Assembly (NCBI RefSeq): GCF_011745625.1
Contig: NW_027191457.1
Span: 310,001 to 374,000, forward strand
Reading direction: 5' to 3'
DNA from: Cladosporium halotolerans
Taxonomy: Eukaryota
DNA: 64,000 nt
Shown here: positions 61,689 to 64,000 of the stretch, piece after piece
How positions within the stretch are numbered: position 1 is the first letter of the stretch
How the letters are laid out: every line of letters starts with the position of its first letter
Translations under genes and position numbers: made by a program
Notes under the pieces: model-generated
Seen by the model: the letters and a program-made list of their open reading frames with translations, nothing else
Databases searched by the model: none
What the model was told of the DNA's origin: nothing

Positions 61689-62307
61689 CACGTGGGCGGG
61701 AAGGCGGGAAGGTCAAGCCATCCGTGCCGACGGCAGTGGGATTGGGAGGGCGACGGGCACTGCTGGGACTGGCGATGGCAGGCGGCGAAATGCGCGTGTG
61801 GCGGTCTAGGCAGGCCGGGCAAGCGAGAGCATGTCACGGCGGCACCGGTATAGGCAATACGTGCGTCTGGCGCCGGCGACACGCCTCGCGCGGGTCCACG
61901 GATCCTGTCATAGTCGAGCGAAAAAAAGCGGTTGCAGCATGAAGGGAAGACGACGTCGAACGAATGGTCGGCGCGCACTCACACACGTGCTGCTTGTCCC
62001 TGCTTGGCTTCATCGAGTCTCGGCGAGTATAAGACGCGCCCAGCATTGGCGCTTCGCTGCCCAGGCGCGACTCGCCCTGCCCTGCGCGCCGACACGACAC
62101 ACCACGCGAGCGTCACCCGGCCGCAGCCCGCCCAACGATGCTTCGATGCTTCACACTGGCTGCTGATGCGCGCAACACCACCGCGCGTGGAGATGGACCT
62201 GCCCGCCGGCGACCGCGCCTGGAGCCAAGCTGCCTTGGCGGACAATCGATGGGCTGCTTTTTCGCCCGGGCCTCAGCGCCCGCCGCCGCGCACGCTCGCG
62301 ATATAAG
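61689..62307 (+). promoter_or_regulatory. Putative PHO boxes (CACGTG) and PacC-type GCCAAG sites upstream of the phosphate symporter
   Basis: CACGTG at 61689 and 61984. CTTGGC at 62003. Inverted pair GCCAAG-ctgc-CTTGGC at 62224-62239. TATAAG near 62302. Confidence 0.5.
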
Positions 62308-62415
62308 TATTTCGGGCGCCGGGAGGCTGTTCGTCGCTGCGAACGCTACGTCCTCGTCACACCAGCCCGACCGTCCATTCCTTGCAGTGTCTCGCGCACT
62401 GCCCTACCGATCGAC

Positions 62416-64000
62416 ATGGCCACCGTCCCGCCGGCGACCGCGCCCTACGACTGGATCCTCGCGATCACGACCATTGCCTTCGTCTTTGCGTCCGCTTCCA
62501 ACGGCGCCAACGATGTCGCCAACTCCTACGCGACCTCCGTCGCCGCCAGGACCTTGACCCTCTGGCAGGCCGGTATCCTCGCCGCCATCACCGAATTCAT
62601 CGGCGCCGTCGCTCTCGGAGCCCGTGTCACGGACACCATCAAGAATGGAATCATCACCATCGATCGTTTCGAGGGTCGCCCGGCCGTCCTCATGCTGGCT
62701 ATGGGTTGCGCCGAAGTCGGTAACGCGACCTGGCTCACCGTCGCGACCTGCCTCGGCATGCCCGTTTCCACCACCCAGACCATTGTCGGCTCCTTGATTG
62801 GTGTCGGCTTTGCCTCCCAGTCCGCCATCACCTGGGGCTGGGAGAAGGGCAGTGTCTCTCAGGTCGCCGCCTCTTGGGGTATTGCTCCGCTGATCGCGGC
62901 TGGCTTCTCCGCCATCATCTTCGGCATCGTCAAGTACAGCGTGCTGGAGCGCAAGAACAGCTTCGAGTGGGCCATGCGCCTCATCCCCATCTACATGGCC
63001 TCCACCGGCGCCATCCTCGTCACCTTCTTGGGTACTGAGGTCCCCGACAGCCTCATCGCTGAAGGCTGGCCTCTCGGCGTGACCGTCGTCGCCACCTTCT
63101 TCTTCGTCCTCTTCGTCGCCTACGTCTTCTTCGTCCCCTTCTTCAACCGCAAGCTCGTCAAGGAGGACCCGAGGGTTCGCATCTGGCACGTCCCCATGGG
63201 TCCTCTCCTCTACAGGGAGAACGTCAACCTCTACTGGCCCGGCAAGACTGACGAGCTCGTCACCAACTACTACGAGGATGCTTACGATGCCGAGACCGCC
63301 AGCCACCAGTCTCACTCCGACGAGGAGAAGGCCAACATCAAGACCGGCCCGAAGGGCACCAGCACTGTCGACCCGTCTCTCGCGGACGGCTCCAGCTCTG
63401 GCGTTGACGCCCCGGCCAACGCCACCCGCCGCGTCGTCCCGCACCACAAGAAGCACCCTGAGCCCAAGGAGCGCTGGCTGGACCCCGTCAAGGAGCTGCC
63501 CTTCTTCCACCCCAAGAAGATCTGGAACTGGACCAAGTTCCTCCTCCTGCAGGGTGTCGCCCGCGACGCCGTCACTCACAACTCTGACGCCCTCCGCGCC
63601 ATCCACGCCCGTGCCCGCAAGTACGACGTCCGCGTCGAGCACCTGTTCACCTACTGCCAAGTTGTCTCCGCCATGATGATGTCCATCGCTCACGGAAGTA
63701 ACGATGTTGCCAACGCTGTGTAAGTTCTCACGTCCTGCTACGAAGTCAAACAAAAGACCACATCTCTAACAACCGCTCCAGCGGCCCCTGGGCAGCCACC
63801 TACCAAACCTGGCAATCCGGCTTCGTCGACACCGAGTCCAGCACCCCCGTCTGGTTCCTCGTCGTCGCCGGTCTCCTCCTCGGCGTCGGCTTCTGGGTCT
63901 ACGGCTACCACATCATCCGCGCCCTCGGCAACCGCATCACGCAGATGTCGCCCAGCCGCGGCTTCTCCATCGAGCTCGGCGCCGCCATCACCGTCCTGCT
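62416..64000 (+). CDS. PHO89: PiT-family Na+/phosphate symporter (Pho89 / Neurospora pho-4 type), 3'-partial
   Basis: Two PiT signatures, NGANDVANSYATSV and HGSNDVANA, plus PVSTTQ. Intron at about 63720-63781, then GPWAATY...RITQMSPSRGFSIELGAA running off the window. Confidence 0.93.

Noticed and set aside
62404..63753. Long antisense or alternative-frame ORFs (e.g. 62404-63753, 53661-54743, 10667-11701, 52533-53465, 57425-58246)
   Set aside because: They overlap well-supported genes and are expected shadows of high GC3 codon bias. None shows a recognisable domain.

Overview
Eukaryotic, GC-rich, intron-containing DNA with short GT-AG introns and CTRAC branch points, typical of a filamentous ascomycete (a Dothideomycete is likely, by inference only). 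About 19 protein-coding genes are supported: an SLC35F/DUF914 transporter, a Dal5/Tna1-type MFS transporter, a membrane-anchored lectin-like protein, an alpha-glucoside/maltose permease, a GPI-type cell-wall protein, a Dabb barrel protein, a dsRBD-like protein, a GH3 beta-glucosidase, GDP-mannose pyrophosphorylase, an ACC-synthase-like aminotransferase, a Sas3-type MYST acetyltransferase, a VosA-like velvet regulator, an S10 carboxypeptidase, a cytochrome P450, a LaeA-like methyltransferase, a Ubp12-like deubiquitinase, Vps34, a Pho89-type phosphate symporter (partial at the right edge) and an unidentified partial gene at the left edge. The most notable unannotated signals are three. (1) The Ubp12-like gene appears to need a non-AUG (ACG) start to make a 103-codon N-terminal extension with an NLS-like motif. 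(2) A 276-bp hAT-type non-autonomous element with an 8-bp TSD and GTGATCAC subterminal palindromes sits in the P450/LaeA-like divergent promoter. (3) Combined PHO-box and inverted PacC-type sites lie upstream of the phosphate symporter. No rRNA, tRNA or CRISPR features were seen. Exon boundaries were read by eye and family assignments come from motif recognition, not database searches.
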